IMG/VR virus record: IMGVR_UViG_3300046796_000541
Coordinates: 1-58,657 of that record
Length of the DNA stretch: 58,657 nt
Reading direction: 5' to 3' (one strand)
Source: a virus
Taxonomy: Duplodnaviria > Caudoviricetes
A program made the position numbers and the translations under genes. The notes beneath the pieces are model-generated. The model ran no database searches, was not told the DNA's origin, and saw nothing but the letters and a program-made list of their open reading frames with translations. How positions within the stretch are numbered: the first letter of the stretch is position 1; each line of letters starts with the position of its first letter. Below, piece by piece: positions 27,309-38,309 of this stretch.

Positions 27309-28516
27309 TGGGGGAGCGCTACGCCAACTGCACGGTGCACCACGAGATGCACAGCGACCGGCGCTTCGACCTGCTGGCGCAGCTCGCCGGCTGGTCGCGC
27401 CCGGAGGCGTGCTGGCGCATGGTCGAGCTCTGGTCGCGCTGCACCGCGTTGCAGACCGACCGACCGCCGCCAGCGGAGATTCGGATCCACCTGGGGCTCG
27501 AGGGCGAACGGCTGCTGGTCGATGCCGCACTGGGCGAGCGGCTTCCCGGGGGCGCGATCCGCGTGCTGGGCGGCGGGCTGACCGGCGGCGACACGGACCG
27601 CTTCGGATGGTACGAGCCGCTCTCGACACGTGCGGCCGCTGGTGGTCTGGCCAGAGCAGAGCAGGTGCGTCAATCCGGGCGCGGACCGCGGGGTAGGTTC
27701 GGACCAGCCGGCACCAGCGACCCGCCAGCGACTGACCAGCGATCCACCAGCGCCACCAGCGATCCACCAGCGATCGCCGGACCTCCACCAGCCTCCGGAT
27801 TCCGGATTCCGGAAGAAGAGAAGAACTCTCCCTCCGCGTGCGCGATCCCCCGTAGCCCAGCACCCAACCCGGTGGCCTACGACCCGGTACGTGACCCGAT
27901 GGCGATCGGCCGGCTCGCCGAGGCGACCTACCGCCGGGTCTCGGACGCGCTGATCCGGGTCTCCGCCGAGCTCAAGCTCCCGGCGCCGCTGCCCTTCCCC
28001 GCGGTCAACCCGGGGTCGAGCGAGCGGACCCGCGACGCGCGCGATCGAGTGCGCGAGGAAGGCGCGGACGCGCCGGCGGTGTGCGACCGCATCGTCGCGA
28101 ACCTGATCGCCCAGGCGCGCGAGGAGCGCTCCGTCGAGTGGCTCGCCGAGAAGGCGTTCACACCCGGCGGATGGCGAACGGCGCGAGCCTGGACGCCGGG
28201 CGCGGCCGCGCGCCGGCGAGGTCCCGCGCGTGGCGATCCGCTTCCGCCGGCGCCTCCGCCCAAGCGGCCCGAACCCCCGCCGCCCGATCCGGTGCTCTCG
28301 CCCGAGGACCGCGCCGAGATCCTGGCGCTCGCGGCGCGCGTCGGCGCGAACCCCGAGGCGGCCGCGATCGAGCTCGCCAAGAGCCCATCGAGCCTCCCGA
28401 CCGCCGAGCTCGTGAAGCGGTTCGGCGACGGCCAGCGGGCGCCGCCGTCGAGACCCGGACCGACCGACGACACCCACGACGAGAAATCCAACCGACAGCG
28501 AAGGAGAGCAACGTGA
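27308..28516 (+). CDS. Putative replication initiator (lambda O-like organisation)
   Basis: Folded N- and C-terminal regions joined by a low-complexity linker encoded by iteron-like repeats; follows regulator genes. Confidence 0.65.
   Translation: MGERYANCTVHHEMHSDRRFDLLAQLAGWSRPEACWRMVELWSRCTALQTDRPPPAEIRIHLGLEGERLLVDAALGERLPGGAIRVLGGGLTGGDTDRFGWYEPLSTRAAAGGLARAEQVRQSGRGPRGRFGPAGTSDPPATDQRSTSATSDPPAIAGPPPASGFRIPEEEKNSPSACAIPRSPAPNPVAYDPVRDPMAIGRLAEATYRRVSDALIRVSAELKLPAPLPFPAVNPGSSERTRDARDRVREEGADAPAVCDRIVANLIAQAREERSVEWLAEKAFTPGGWRTARAWTPGAAARRRGPARGDPLPPAPPPKRPEPPPPDPVLSPEDRAEILALAARVGANPEAAAIELAKSPSSLPTAELVKRFGDGQRAPPSRPGPTDDTHDEKSNRQRRRAT
27704..27825. repeat. Iteron-like array, probable replication origin
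   Basis: CCAGC(GA) at 27704, 27714, 27725, 27736, 27747, 27756, 27767, 27788 (mostly 11-bp period), then TCCGGA(T) x3 and a purine-rich tract. Confidence 0.65.
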
Positions 28517-28788
28517 AATTCCGCAAGAAGCCAGTGGTCATCGAGGCTGTTCAGGTTAGCGACCTGATCGCCGAGTTCTTTCAGCGCAAGTCGCTGTGGC
28601 CGGCGTGGGCGACCGAGGCATTCGAGTCCGGCGCAATGCAGGTCGGCGAGCACTCTGTGCAGATCAAGACGCTGGAGGGCGAGATGGTCGGAGGAGCCGG
28701 CGACTGGATCATCCGCGGCGTCAAGGGCGAGCTGTACCCCTGCAAGCCCGACATCTTCGCCGCGACCTACGAGCCCGTCGAGGACTGA
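28513..28788 (+). CDS. Conserved phage protein (KFRKKPVVIEA...GDWIIRGVKGELYPCKPDIF family)
   Basis: Widely seen phage motif pattern; SD AAGGAG. Confidence 0.85.
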   Translation: MKFRKKPVVIEAVQVSDLIAEFFQRKSLWPAWATEAFESGAMQVGEHSVQIKTLEGEMVGGAGDWIIRGVKGELYPCKPDIFAATYEPVED

Positions 28789-28832
28789 CCCGACACCCAC
28801 GACGAGAAACCGAACCGACGAAAGGCAGCGAC

Positions 28833-29915
28833 GTGACCGACCAGGACCGATACATGCGAGCCGTCCACTGCATCCAAGCCGGCTCCAAGCTGGTTGCCGC
28901 CAAGCTCGGCGAGCACCCGCAGAGCCGCATCGGGATCAACTGCGCGATGCGCGACCACGCTTCGCTCGTCGAACTGCTTATCGCCAAGGGCGTGATCACG
29001 CACGACGAGTACATGAAGGCGCTCGCCGATGGCGCCGAGGTCGAAGTGTGCCGCCTCGAGCAGGAACTCGGTGCCGGTGGCCTCAAGATAACGCTCGTCG
29101 GCGCATTCGGCAGCATCCACGCGACCTGAACCAGAAAAGGGACACAGCACCATGGCAAAAGAGCAACCCGGACTACCCGGCATCCTGCAGGCAGCGAAGC
29201 GCAAGATCATCGAGGCCATCGAGGACAAGTGCCTAGAGCGCGACAAGCTCGCAGGCAAGCGCACCGCGATGAGCGACAAGGTCGCGGAGCAGTGGGCCGA
29301 GATTCAGGCGCTCCTCGTCGAGCACAAGCTCGAGGTCTACACGTACGAGGACGCGAGCGGCGTGCTCCAGGACGTGACCCGCGAGTCGGTGCTCAAGAAG
29401 CGCAAGAGCAAGCTCAACCCCAAGAAGGCAAAGAAGGACGAGTAGCCGATGACCAGACCAGCACCGAACGACGAGACCGCCGTCCGCGTTACCCCGCCCG
29501 GCAAGCGCCGCACCCGCGGCCCCAACAAGCCCAAGCCCGGCGCGATCGAGGTGCGCACCGAGGCGGTGATGAACCAGGCCGAGATCGTCAAGCTACTCGA
29601 GGCGCACGCGGTCGCGATGCTCGGCGCGGCCGGCGCGGAGGGCATGACGCTCCAAGTTAACATCGGCAATGGGTGGAGCGCTCCGGCGGAGATACCGCCG
29701 CATGGAGTCATCATCCGGTTCGCGACCGCCAAGGGATCGGGCACGTGAGCTTGTTCTGTCCAGACCTCGAGCCTGGGATCTTCCCGCCGGTCGCGCCCAC
29801 GGTCCCGCGCGAGCGCGGCGCGAAGTGGTCTCCGCCGGATCCCGCGGCGGACCGCTGTACTCGCTGCGGGCGCCGGGCGTGGCAGCACTGGACCATGCGG
29901 TCGGAGGCGGCGTGA
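28833..29915 (+). other. Four hypothetical genes (28833-29129, 29152-29445, 29449-29748, 29745-29915)
   Basis: Operonic spacing and codon bias. Confidence 0.6.
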
Positions 29916-30235
29916 TCTGGCGCGCGGCGAAGCGCGACGAATCGGAACCTGAGATCGTGCGGGCGCTCGAGGCTGTGGGCGCGATCGTCCAGCGCCTGAG
30001 CACCGAAGGCGTGCCGGACCTGCTTGTCGGATGGCAGGGCCGGATGTGGCTGCTCGAGGTCAAGATGCCGCTCACCGCGCGCGGCGCCTACCAGCCGGGT
30101 CGGAGCCTCAAGCACAAGGGCGGGCGCGGCGACATGACGGCCGCGCAGGCGGCGTGGTGGGACGCGTGGAAGGGACCGTCGCCTGCGATCGTGCGGACGC
30201 CGGCCGAGGCGCTAGCGGCGATCGGCGCGGTCTAG
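29912..30235 (+). CDS. VRR-NUC-like PD-(D/E)XK nuclease (resolvase-like)
   Basis: AKRDESEPEIVRAL...GVPDLLVG...LLEVK...TAAQAAWW. Confidence 0.85.
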   Translation: MIWRAAKRDESEPEIVRALEAVGAIVQRLSTEGVPDLLVGWQGRMWLLEVKMPLTARGAYQPGRSLKHKGGRGDMTAAQAAWWDAWKGPSPAIVRTPAEALAAIGAV

Positions 30236-30971
30236 GTCCGCCGCGCCAGACGCGTCAGGAGCTGCGCGGCGCGCACGTGGGCGACTCGGGCATGGGACAG
30301 CGCCTCCTGCACCGCGGCACCCGTGTGGCCCGCGCCAGGGGTCACAGCGAGCGCGTGCTGTGCGGTCTGCAGGAGCTCGACCGCGCGCCGGATCTGGTCG
30401 GCCGCCACCGCGGCGCGCCCATAGTCGACCGCGGCGTCGGTGTGGCCCGGGAGGCTGGCCTCGAGCTCGCGGGTGAGGTCGGCCATGGGTCAGCTCCCCG
30501 CCCGGGCAACGTCCGCGTCCATCCGTGCCGCCATCTGGGCGCGCTCCTCCGCGTCCCTCGCCCGGGCCCACGCCTCATCCACGATGCCGGTGGTCAGGAG
30601 CGGCGCCTCGCTGTCGGGGCGCCCGGCATGGCCGTCGCGCAGCAGGCCGAACTGCGCGTCACCCGCAAGCCGGAGGTCGACCGCGATCAGCCGCCACTGC
30701 CGCGGCGACCGGCCGACCCCGCGGGCCTCGTCGTTGACCGCGGTCTCGTAGCGCTCGCGGGCGCCGCGCGCGAAGGCGAGGACTTCGCTGGTCTTGTGGG
30801 TCACGGCCGCACCGCCGGACGCTTCACGATGCGGTACTCGCGCATCGGCGACACCGGACCCGGCCTCTCCTCGACGAGGTACTCGTGGGTCGGGTCGGCG
30901 CTCGCGAGGCGTGCACGCTCCTCGTAGGCTGCGCCCCCGACATTCCAGTCAGCGTGAACGACGAACATCAC
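30232..30971 (-). other. Three small leftward genes downstream of the wHTH gene
   Basis: 30232-30486, 30490-30804, ~30801-30968; coupled starts/stops. Confidence 0.5.
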
Positions 30972-31306
30972 CGCACCGCCTGCGCGTCGGTCGCGGCGTA
31001 CAGCGCCTGCTTGGCGCTCTCGCTCGCGTCCAGGCCCTGCAGCTGGAGCCAGCCCAGCCCGTCGTGGGTCAGGCCCCACAGGTCGCGGTTGGCGAGCCCG
31101 GTCCCGGCAGGGTCGGGCGGGTACTCGGCGAGCAGACGATAGCCGTCGACGCCAGCGGCGAGGAGGCGGCACAGCTCCTTGGTCTGCGCGCGGAGCTCGT
31201 CACCGATCGCGTCGGCGAGAGATCCGGTCGAGCGCGGTCCCTTGCGCAGGGCGACGAGAATCGCGACGGCGCGGGGGTTCAGGGCGAGGTCTCGGAGGTT
31301 CGTCAT
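30968..31306 (-). CDS. Winged-helix (ArsR-like) protein
   Basis: PRAVAILVALRKGPRSTGSLADAIG...WGLTHDG; ATG 13 nt after a sigma54 -12 GC. Confidence 0.65.
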   Translation of the reverse strand: MTNLRDLALNPRAVAILVALRKGPRSTGSLADAIGDELRAQTKELCRLLAAGVDGYRLLAEYPPDPAGTGLANRDLWGLTHDGLGWLQLQGLDASESAKQALYAATDAQAVR

Positions 31307-31318
31307 GTCCATCTCTAC

Positions 31319-31334
31319 AGCATCCTCCATGCCA
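31319..31334 (-). promoter_or_regulatory. sigma54 -24/-12 promoter (leftward)
   Basis: TGGCATG-gagga-TGCT, GG-N10-GC. Confidence 0.7.
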
Positions 31335-31521
31335 CCTCGATTTCGCGCGCAAACTCGCGACGACACGCGACCCGGCAACGGTCCGGAACCTCCGGAGTGT
31401 TGCGACTCGTATCCGGGGGTGTGAAAGCGGTGCGTCACTCCGGACTGAGGCCGAGCAGCGCGTCATCAATTCGAGCCCGAGAATCAAAGGAGTTGCGCGC
31501 GTGATCCTGGGGTGGGCGCTC

Positions 31522-31537
31522 TGGCACGCCGCGAGCA
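31522..31537 (+). promoter_or_regulatory. sigma54 -24/-12 promoter (rightward)
   Basis: TGGCACG-ccgcg-AGCA, GG-N10-GC. Confidence 0.7.
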
Positions 31538-31549
31538 GTGATGGAGGGC

Positions 31550-34500
31550 ATGACGAACCTGACCAGCACGCAGCGCGCGGAGTTCAAACTCGATCTCGCG
31601 GCCAAGCCGTACAGCGTCACGCTGTGGGGATCGAACCCCGACACCACCGACAACGACGACTGCTGGACGGGCGACGAGTTCGCGACGCGCGAGGAGGCGA
31701 TCGCCTGCTACCGCGCGCTCGTCATGTTCCCGACCGAGGGCCAGCTCGCCAAAGCGTGCGGCTACGACTGGGAGCACGTCATGCTCGACGGGCCCGACGT
31801 CCATGAGGTCAGCGCGAACCCCGACCAGGCGACGCAGCGTCGCCACCGCCGCGAGCGCACCGGCAGCGATGCGGACTGGCAGCGCGAGCAGGCGACGCAG
31901 GCCGGCATGGCGTTCGGCTGCGACGGCTACAACGACGCGATGGGCTGGTGAACCGTGACGATCAAGAAGCTCAAGGTCGGCATGTGGGTTCGGACGCGAC
32001 TCGGCGACGGCGAGGTGAAGCGCGTTGGCGGCACGCACCCGCCGAGCCTTCGCGTCCACATTGTGGCGCCGATCCCGCGCGGTATCGTCAACGTGGTGCC
32101 CCGCGACGTCGAGCGCGCGCTCACTGGCGAAGAGACGTATGCGCTGCGCGGCGGTGCGTCGTGATCCTCATCGTCTGGGACACCCGCGGCGACGGGCACG
32201 ACTCCGATGCGGTCTACTGGTGCGGCCCCACGAACGGGCACGACGGCCAAGGCTGGTCGGACAACATCCGCGAGGCCATCGACTACTCGGAGCCCGGCGC
32301 GGACGCCGCCGAGCACGACCTCCGCGCCGCGCGCGAGACCGTGCAGCGCGGGGTCCAGCGGGGCCGCGTGGAAGTCCAGGAGATCGTGTAGCTATGAACG
32401 GTCGGACGTACCGCAAGCGGGGTCGCGTCTACTGCATGGGCAGCGGGACGCAGCCGCACCCGAGCGAGGCGCGCGGCGCCCCGGTGAACTCCGCGACTGG
32501 ACGCTTCACGCGCGCTCGCTGTGCTGAATGCGGTCGCGAGGTCGCGACGCTGCGCAGCGGACTGCTCTCTCACCATGGCCCCTCGAAGGGAGGCAAGTAG
32601 TATGTACCACCTTACCCCAAAGTGCATGTGCGGAGGCTCGATCTGCCAGGACAAGCACGGCGCGCCGAAGCGCAGGCGCTACCGCTGCGTCGGATGTCGG
32701 CGCCGTGTGCCGTGGTGCTTTGGCGCCGCGGACGACATGCCCAATCACTGTGACGACTGCTGGGCGAAGCAGCACAAGGAGGCTGCATAGCCATGTACCA
32801 CCTGACCCTGATGTGGCTCGCTATCACCGGCGCCGCGTTCATCGCCGGCGTTCTGTGCGGGCGCCTGATCGCGCGGCGCTCGAACCAGGCGATCGCCCGC
32901 TTCGAGGCACTGGCCCACACGCTGGAGACCCAGCCGCGCGACTGGCCACCGATTCCGCGAGTGGAACTGGCCGCGGTGATCCGCAGCAGGTTGCGAGGTG
33001 GCCAGTGAAGCTAGAACGCATCCCCGTACCGCTGTGGTCGCCGCCGCGGCAAGGCCCATGGACACTGCGGTGGACCAGGCCCGACAGGTCGACCTTCCGA
33101 GGCGATGACTACAAATCAACCTTGATATGGGATCTGTATTCGGATGCCGACTACTGGCGTGGGCTCGCCGAGCGAGCAAATCCAGAGGGCTGCCGCGTGG
33201 ACGTCGTGCCCGCATTGCAAGGAGACCGCAAGTGACCGACACCGACATCACCCTGCCGCTCACCGGAGACGCGGCCCTGCTCGCCGAGCGCTACGAGCAC
33301 CAGGTGACGCTCCGGGCCCTCGAGCGGGCACTGGAGGAGCGCGAGCAGGCCGAGGTCGACGCCGCGCTGTGGCATGCGATCGCGCTGCGGGCCCTCGGCG
33401 TCATGGCGATCGGGCCGCAGTCGATCGAGCAGATCGTCGCCGGCGTGAACAGCCAGCTGGCGCGCGAGCTCATCGCCGAGCGCCGGGGCATCCAGTCGCC
33501 GCTCGACCGGGTAGCGCTGGCGGTCGCCGGCCGCCCGGCCGCCGCGGTCAACGCGGAGCTCCGTCTTGAGGACCGCGCGTATCCATCGAAGGGGTTCGAC
33601 CCCGCAGGAGGACATTCGTGACGAACCCCGACCGCGAATCCCGATTCGACCAGGCGAACCTGACCATGCTCGACACCGCCGCGTTGGTCCGCATCCTGGA
33701 CGCCGCTCTCGTAGCGCGCGGGCACCCTGACCCGTTCGCGGCGCGCGCATGGGCGCTGCGAGTCAGCGACCTCCAACGCGAGCTCGCGATCCGCAACCGG
33801 CGCGAGACCGAGCGCCAGGATGATCTTCCTCCGATCCCCGAGGCCGCAGCCCCGACCGCCAGCGCGGATGTGCGGGCGGACGTGCGCGCATACGCGATCA
33901 AGATCATCGGCGGTTATCTCGGCGCCGGCTTGAGCAGCGCGACAACGGAAGCGGTCGCCGATGCCATCGCTGGACGCGCCGCCGCGCTCGTGGTGCTGTC
34001 TCCTGACAGCGCGGACCGGGTGCGGGCGGTGGTGCGCGAGGCGTTCGCTCGGGTATCCGATCTCAGCGGCGCCGAATTCGCGCAGCGCCACATCGAGGAC
34101 ATCGCGACCCGCGTCGCCGCGCAGCTGACCGCGCCCGCGCCCGGCCACGTGTGCCCGGTGCCGTACGGGCTCGGGCCGGAGGATCTGGAGCGGATCGAGA
34201 CGACGCGTGCGGTGATGGCGCGGTTCGACTTCCTGCCGCAGATTCCCGAGCTCATCTCGACGCTCGACAAGATCCTCGCCGCGCACCGCGCCCCCGAGGC
34301 TACGATCCGACCGCTGCCCGAGGTGATCCAGTGCGGGACACCCGGATGCCCGGCGTCGATCCGCAAGACGATGCTGCCCTCGGGCTGGCTTCTGCGCGAT
34401 GGCGCGTGGGCCTGCCCCCGCTGCAAGGTGCTCGCGACGCAGGAGGCTTCATGACCGCGCCGAACGACGTGCTCAACGACCTGCACTGGGCCGTGCTCGA

Positions 34501-36098
34501 GCGCCTGGCCGCGGGCGAGCATCCGCCGATCCCGCCGCTCATGCGCAAGAAGTTGCACCGGATGGGGCTCATCAACCCGGCCGAGCCCCGGCACAGCCCT
34601 CGAGCAAGGGATGGCCGAGTGCCGGCGCCGCGGCCGCGCAGGAACGTCCTGACCGCCGCCGGTGTTCACCGGGTGGCGGAGCGCCGCATCGCCGGGCAGA
34701 CCCGGCACGACGTAGCCGCGAGCGTGGCGCGGCATGTCGAGCTCGACCGGCACTTCGAGCGCATGGCCCCGACGATCGCCGCGATCAACGCTGGCATGGT
34801 CAAGACAGGCAACACCGGAGGTTCGCCATGACAATCGACCTCGACGAACTCGAGCGAATCGCACGCGAATGGGGAGCGGAAGATGCCGACTGGTATCCCG
34901 GCGTCGGACCGCCGGTCACGCTCGCGCTGATCGCGCGCATCCGCGAACTGGAGGCCACGGTGCGCGGCGAGATCGGTCCAGGGTTCAGCCGTCGCAGCCA
35001 GAGCCTGCGCGCGATCCTCGAGCGAGGCGCGGTGCTGCCATGACGCCGCTGGAGCAGGCCGTGTTTGATGCAGCGCTCGCCCTGGTAGACGCGCGTCGTG
35101 CCGCTATGACCGTGTTCCTGCCGGACCACGGCGTGGTCATCGTGGATGATGAGGCGCGCGGGATCGCGGCTCGGTACAACGCAGCGGGAGAAGCGCTGGA
35201 GCGCGCGGTCGACGAGCATCGGAGGAATTCGTGATCTGCGACCCCTACCCCATCGCTACCCCACCCGTACCCGATGATTCGGCGGGGAGTGAGTAGATTG
35301 AGGGCATGACGAACACGAACCGCATCCCGACCACCCGCGAAGCCGCCATCGCCGCCCTCGTCGAGCAGGACGTCGCCAAGTGGGGAGAGGGCGAGCGCGA
35401 GGCCTCTCAGCGCATGCACGCCCACCGCTCGTTGGGCCTCGCGCTCAACGAGCTCTGGGCCCGCAGCGTCCTGCGCGACGCTCCGGACGCGGACCTCAAG
35501 CGCGCTGCCAAGGCGGCCCTCACCGCCGTCGATCGCGCGGCACTCCGGCAGGGGGGCTGAGCGATGACCCCCGCCGAACGCCTCGCGATCTACCGCGAGG
35601 TCGCCGCAGCGCTCCGGGCCACAGGCGAGCGCGGCTCCGAGGTCGCGGCGATGCTGGTCGAGCAGCTGGCGGACGAGCTGGGCGAGGCTGCGCCATGATT
35701 TGCGAGTCGTGCATGGTCGACTGCACCGTGACCGTGGTGCACGCCGCGTCGATCCTCCGCGTTCACCCGCACTCGGGCAGGACGAGCACCGAGACCCGCG
35801 CGCGCCGGCTCTGCGTCCGCTGCGGCGGCGGTGACGCGCCCGAGGCGCTGGTCGCGGTGACCGCTCATCCGCCGCGCTGATTCCCACGTCGTTCATCGCC
35901 AACCCAGGAGAGACCATGATCATCGCACCGCAGACCGTATATTCGATGGCCGCCGCCCTTGCTCGGGCTCAGAGCGCCACGCGCCGCGTCATCTTGCGCG
36001 CTGCCGTCATGGCGGGGCCAGGGACCAGGGAGTGGACCGAGGCCGAGGAGGAGCTCGCCAGCCTCGAGCGCTGGGATTGCGTCCCGGTGAGCCGCTGA
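31550..36098 (+). other. Cluster of ~16 small hypothetical genes (e.g. 31550-31951, 31955-32164, 33618-34454, 34451-34831, 35306-35560), several with CxxC motifs
   Basis: Chained ATGA/GTGA overlaps; no recognisable families. Confidence 0.6.
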
Positions 36099-36312
36099 GA
36101 TCCCCGGGCAGCGGATGGCGCGGCGCGCGGGGCAGGACGTTGTTCCGCTGCCGTCCCTGCAGTGCCCAGGCAGCCCAGCACCAGAGGCTCAGGACTGGGA
36201 GGATCCGGAGTGTGGCGTTGCAGATTCACGGGGTGTGAGTATCTTGCGTCGGTTCGCCCGGCCGCGCTCCTCGCCGTCGAGCAAGGTCGAGAGGTTGAGC
36301 GCGATATGTGGG

Positions 36313-36328
36313 TGGCACGCGGGAAGCA
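36313..36328 (+). promoter_or_regulatory. sigma54 -24/-12 promoter
   Basis: TGGCACG-cggga-AGCA; ATG 13 nt after the GC. Confidence 0.7.
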
Positions 36329-36340
36329 GTACAGAGGAGC

Positions 36341-36941
36341 ATGACCACGACGAACACCGCCCTGATTGTCGAGCGCACCGCGGCCGGTGGAGACGACCTC
36401 TGGATCGAGTGCCGCGCCTGCGGACGCTGCAACTACCTCAGCAAGGGCCCGATCGGGCACAAGCGCGGCTGCTCGACCTCGACCGCACAGTACGGCTCCT
36501 CGGTTGCCGAAGCGCCCGTCGCCACGACCCCTGACCAGCTCCGCCGCTTCGCCGGCGAGGTTCGCCGCACTGGCCTCACCAAGGGCCGTGACGCAGACGT
36601 GCTCGCCGCGGTTCGCGCCGGCTACCTGTCGGAGAGCGCCGCCATGAATACCGACGACTGACCGCAACCTCACCACCACGGAGACTGCCATGATCACGAC
36701 CGACTGCCCCGCACCGCGCTATTACGTCGAGACCCGCGCCACCATGGCGACCACCGGGCCGGGCTCGCGCTGGGAGCGCGTGGGGCCGAGCACCGATGAG
36801 AGCGAGGCGCGCCACGCGCTTGCTGTGTTGCGAGCGAGCCAGTTCAACGCGCGCCTCGTCCGCCTCGACTGGGACCCAGACGGTGACGAGGACTCGCTGC
36901 CGACCACCACCGTCGTCGTCGAGCACCTGGTCGAGGGGTAG
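36341..36941 (+). other. Two hypothetical genes (36341-36661 with CRAC/HxxxC; 36690-36941)
   Basis: ORFs downstream of the sigma54 promoter. Confidence 0.6.
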
Positions 36942-36985
36942 GGGCAGGCTCCGCACCGGCCCGGTGACGAGCAGACGCGCGCGAT

Positions 36986-37273
36986 CTATCGGCGCCACAT
37001 GCGGCCCAGGCCGTATCCACGCCCGAACCGGCGCACGGCGGCGGCGATCGCGGCCTCGCTGCCGGCCGGCGGCCCCGGCGGGTAGGCGCGGGGCTTGACA
37101 GGCGGGCGCTCGGGCAGGACGGCGGGCGCGCTGTCGGCCATGGCCTCGAGCTGGGCGCGGACCAGGCCGTAGCGCACCTTCACGGCGAGCTCCTCCTGCT
37201 CGTCGTAGTCGAGGCTGGCGCCTCTCTCGTAGGCTGCCAGCTGGCGGCGGACCCGGCGCGATGCGGAGGACAT
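36986..37273 (-). CDS. Hypothetical protein
   Basis: Isolated minus-strand ORF with leftward TTGACA-18-CAGAGT upstream. Confidence 0.5.
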   Translation of the reverse strand: MSSASRRVRRQLAAYERGASLDYDEQEELAVKVRYGLVRAQLEAMADSAPAVLPERPPVKPRAYPPGPPAGSEAAIAAAVRRFGRGYGLGRMWRR

Positions 37274-37468
37274 GGCAGATCGCGGACGCAGGTATCAGTC
37301 GGGGGATCCGGATCCAGCGGCGTTCGTCCGGGAGAACACGTCCGGAACTCTGAGGGGCCGGCGAGATCGCTGTCAAGAGGTCTTGACGTAATACGGCTTA
37401 CTCATCGTTCAAGTACCTGATGTCTGGTTGAACTGGACTCGCGTCAGGGCGCCGTGCGAGGGTTTGGC

Positions 37469-38300
37469 ATGGGTGACGCCAACCGACCCACCGACCTAGC
37501 AGGGTCCTGGAACCGCGCGATCGACGCGGCCAATGCCGAGATCGACACCGCCATCGCCGCGGCGGACCGCGCGGAGCGCTGCCTCGACGCCCACGGGTAC
37601 GGCTGCGCGCGCGCCGAGTGCGGCCGGTCTCCGGTGGCCGCCGGCGACATCCGCGGAATCGCCGAGTACATCGGCCCGTCTCGGGAGGGTAAACCGTGAC
37701 CGCCTTGCCCTCGAGCTGTCCCGGCCGCGGCAGTTTGCATCCAGCATCTGGAGATCGCGGCCCCGAGTACGCCTGCGCCGCGTGCTTCTGGCAGGTCGCG
37801 GGCCCGACCGACTGCCGGGGAGAGCCGCTCGACCTCGAGCCGATGTTCGCCGCTCTGGCCGGCGCGGATGCGCGCGATCGAGACGCCGAGCGCGTACAGG
37901 ACTTCGACGAGGCCGCAGCGCGCTATGCGGCGCTGCGGCCCGAGGTCGGGATTGCCCTGCTCGGCGGCCCCGCGACCTCAGCTGACCTGCTCGAGCTCGA
38001 CGCGGTGCCCGACCCGGTCGACAGCGACGCGCCGCGCGCGACGTTCAGCGCCGAGGAGACCACGCAGCGCAACCGCCGGAGCGAGCGGCCGTGAATCGCG
38101 AGGGTCAAAGGGCTCTGCTCACCAGGAGGCTGGCCGGCGTGGACGGCGAGGCGCGCTACGGCACCGGCCGCCGCCCGCCCTATGGCCGCCCGGGCGCGCG
38201 CACCACCGAGGCGGCTGCCGCGATCAAGCGTCGCAACCAGGTGGCGGCCGCGGCCCGCCGCGCGGCGCTCCGCTTGACGCCGGCGCCACGCCCCCGGTAG
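37469..38300 (+). other. Three hypothetical genes (37469-37699, 37696-38094, 38091-38300)
   Basis: TGGACT-18-GAGGGT-5-ATG; GTGA overlaps. Confidence 0.55.
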
Positions 38301-38309
38301 CCTGTTCAC

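Noticed and set aside
27704-27793. CRISPR mini-array
   Set aside because: Units are 9-11 bp with no spacer-sized unique sequence; iterons fit better.
37465-37479. Fourth sigma54-like GG-N10-GC (TGGCATGGGTGACGC)
   Set aside because: Overlaps a start codon, has no ATG 13 nt downstream and lacks the shared upstream element.
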